Assembly (NCBI RefSeq): GCF_947568905.1
Contig: NC_079170.1
Location: forward strand, 51,336,001-51,400,000
Source of the DNA: Ostrea edulis
Taxonomy: Eukaryota
Direction of reading: 5' to 3'
DNA: 64,000 bases
A program made the position numbers and the translations under genes. The notes under the pieces are model-generated. The model was not told where the DNA came from. It saw nothing but the letters and a program-made list of their open reading frames with translations, and made no database searches. Position 1 is the first letter of the stretch; each line of letters opens with the position of its first letter. This document shows, one piece after another, positions 62,826-64,000 of this stretch.

Positions 62826-64000
62826 ATGTGGGAAGATGACGATCATTTATGCCGACTATTGGCGGATAGTTTGGCTAACCCTGTGGGGTTTCTGCCTGTC
62901 CAAAGGTTGAACAGACGAGTTGACGATATTTTGTCAAACATTCATCATTTTGGGACAAATGTAGAAGTGATTCAGACTGGGAGCTGGGCGGAAGGTTTTA
63001 GAATGAATGGAACAGACGTTGATAGAATGTATGTAGATAAAACTGCATTGGTGTCAGAGACACCGGATAGGATTCCTAACCGATTTTGTTCTATCAAAAT
63101 GGTAACATCAGGCAACATACCTAAAGGATACGTAAAGCTAATCTTGTTGACTCCAAACAAAGCAGAGCAACACATACAACTTGCTGTGATATCTGAAGGA
63201 GGAAACGCGTGTATTTCAAGTAAAAGTTACGTAACATCTTATGTACAAAGAAATGAAGAAATACACGGACCTTGTGTAAGAAGGGTGTCACAACAGGGGA
63301 CAGAACAAGATGACGCACATTGCCTGAGGTGTGCACACTGGCCGTCCGATGCCATGGAATGGCGTGACAGAAGAAGATCGCATGGATGGCCAGACCACGA
63401 CATGGTCAAAGAAATATCCAAAAAGGGATGTTATGTTGTTCCAATTGGTCCTAAATGTATTGACGGAAGTGGATGTTGGTCATTTAACTCGATGTTGTGG
63501 AGATTGTCCTTTTCAGTTGTAGAAAAACGATTAGTATATACATTTAATGATACGCAGTTCCTGGTGTACGGAATTTTCAAACTGTTGGTCAAAGAGGCAT
63601 TTAGAGAAACCCGTGATGTTTTGTGTTCATATTTCATGAAAACACTTATGTTTTGGAGTATCGAAGAAACGCCAAGAGAACTGTGGAAGCAAGAGAGATT
63701 AATTTCGTGCATTAAAGTCTGTCTCAGACGACTGATTATGTGGGTATCAGACGGCTTTTGTCCCAATTATTTTGTCAGAGAACACAATATGTTTCATGGC
63801 AAATTAGATGAAATAGACCGCGAATCTCTTTTCATCCATTTGTCAGAACTGTATGGCGAGGGCTGGAGGTGCCTTTTGAGATGTCCGTCATTAGGCAATC
63901 TCAAGGACGCTCTTCAGAGGAGTAGGTGTCGAATCCTGGAAATGCCCAACAATGCAGTTGACCCCGATGAGGATTTTAGAGGATTGTCGTTACAGAGGAG
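62826..64000 (+). CDS. cGAS-like receptor (cGLR)/Mab-21 nucleotidyltransferase, 3' end outside the window
   Basis: Uninterrupted frame of 391 codons from ATG 62826 (MWEDDDHLCRLL..) to the window edge. Motifs: QTGSWAEGFRMNGTDVDRM (GS plus DxD), IHGPC, EQDDAHCL, WRLSFSVVEKRL, SYFMKTLMFW, CPNYFVREHNMF. Confidence 0.9.
   Translation, partial: MWEDDDHLCRLLADSLANPVGFLPVQRLNRRVDDILSNIHHFGTNVEVIQTGSWAEGFRMNGTDVDRMYVDKTALVSETPDRIPNRFCSIKMVTSGNIPKGYVKLILLTPNKAEQHIQLAVISEGGNACISSKSYVTSYVQRNEEIHGPCVRRVSQQGTEQDDAHCLRCAHWPSDAMEWRDRRRSHGWPDHDMVKEISKKGCYVVPIGPKCIDGSGCWSFNSMLWRLSFSVVEKRLVYTFNDTQFLVYGIFKLLVKEAFRETRDVLCSYFMKTLMFWSIEETPRELWKQERLISCIKVCLRRLIMWVSDGFCPNYFVREHNMFHGKLDEIDRESLFIHLSELYGEGWRCLLRCPSLGNLKDALQRSRCRILEMPNNAVDPDEDFRGLSLQR

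Overview
AT-rich, intron-containing animal genomic DNA. The repeat families and gene content point to a bivalve, most likely an oyster (Ostreidae); this is inference, not a database result. I reconstructed exons by hand (GT-AG sites, phase-checked) for four complete host genes: (1) an Egalitarian/LIN-66-like winged-helix + OB-fold protein (minus, 5127-7215); (2) a membrane-anchored USP deubiquitinase (plus, 17852-33951); (3) a secreted/membrane EEP-family hydrolase (minus, 40125-46171); (4) PRPF18 (plus, 46358-59794), head-to-head with gene 3. A fifth gene, a cGAS-like/Mab-21 nucleotidyltransferase, starts at 62826 and runs off the window. It is missing from the ORF track because it has no stop in view. 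The rest is rich in mobile DNA: a near-intact 10-exon hAT transposon with a 7-bp TSD, a rearranged Gypsy provirus, PLE and L2/CR1 fragments, SINEs, Helentron-type HINEs, several MITE families and four minisatellites. The most novel-looking signal is a miniature LTR retroelement (TRIM) whose LTRs carry the 5S rRNA Pol III control region. It is present as a full copy (36682-37089, 4-bp TSD, tRNA-Leu-type PBS, PPT) and as a solo LTR (53462-53606, 4-bp TSD). A tRNA-carrying TRIM lies about 315 bp from the full copy, and its LTR begins with the same 12 bp as the solo LTR. All family assignments are from memory of motifs; no searches were run.
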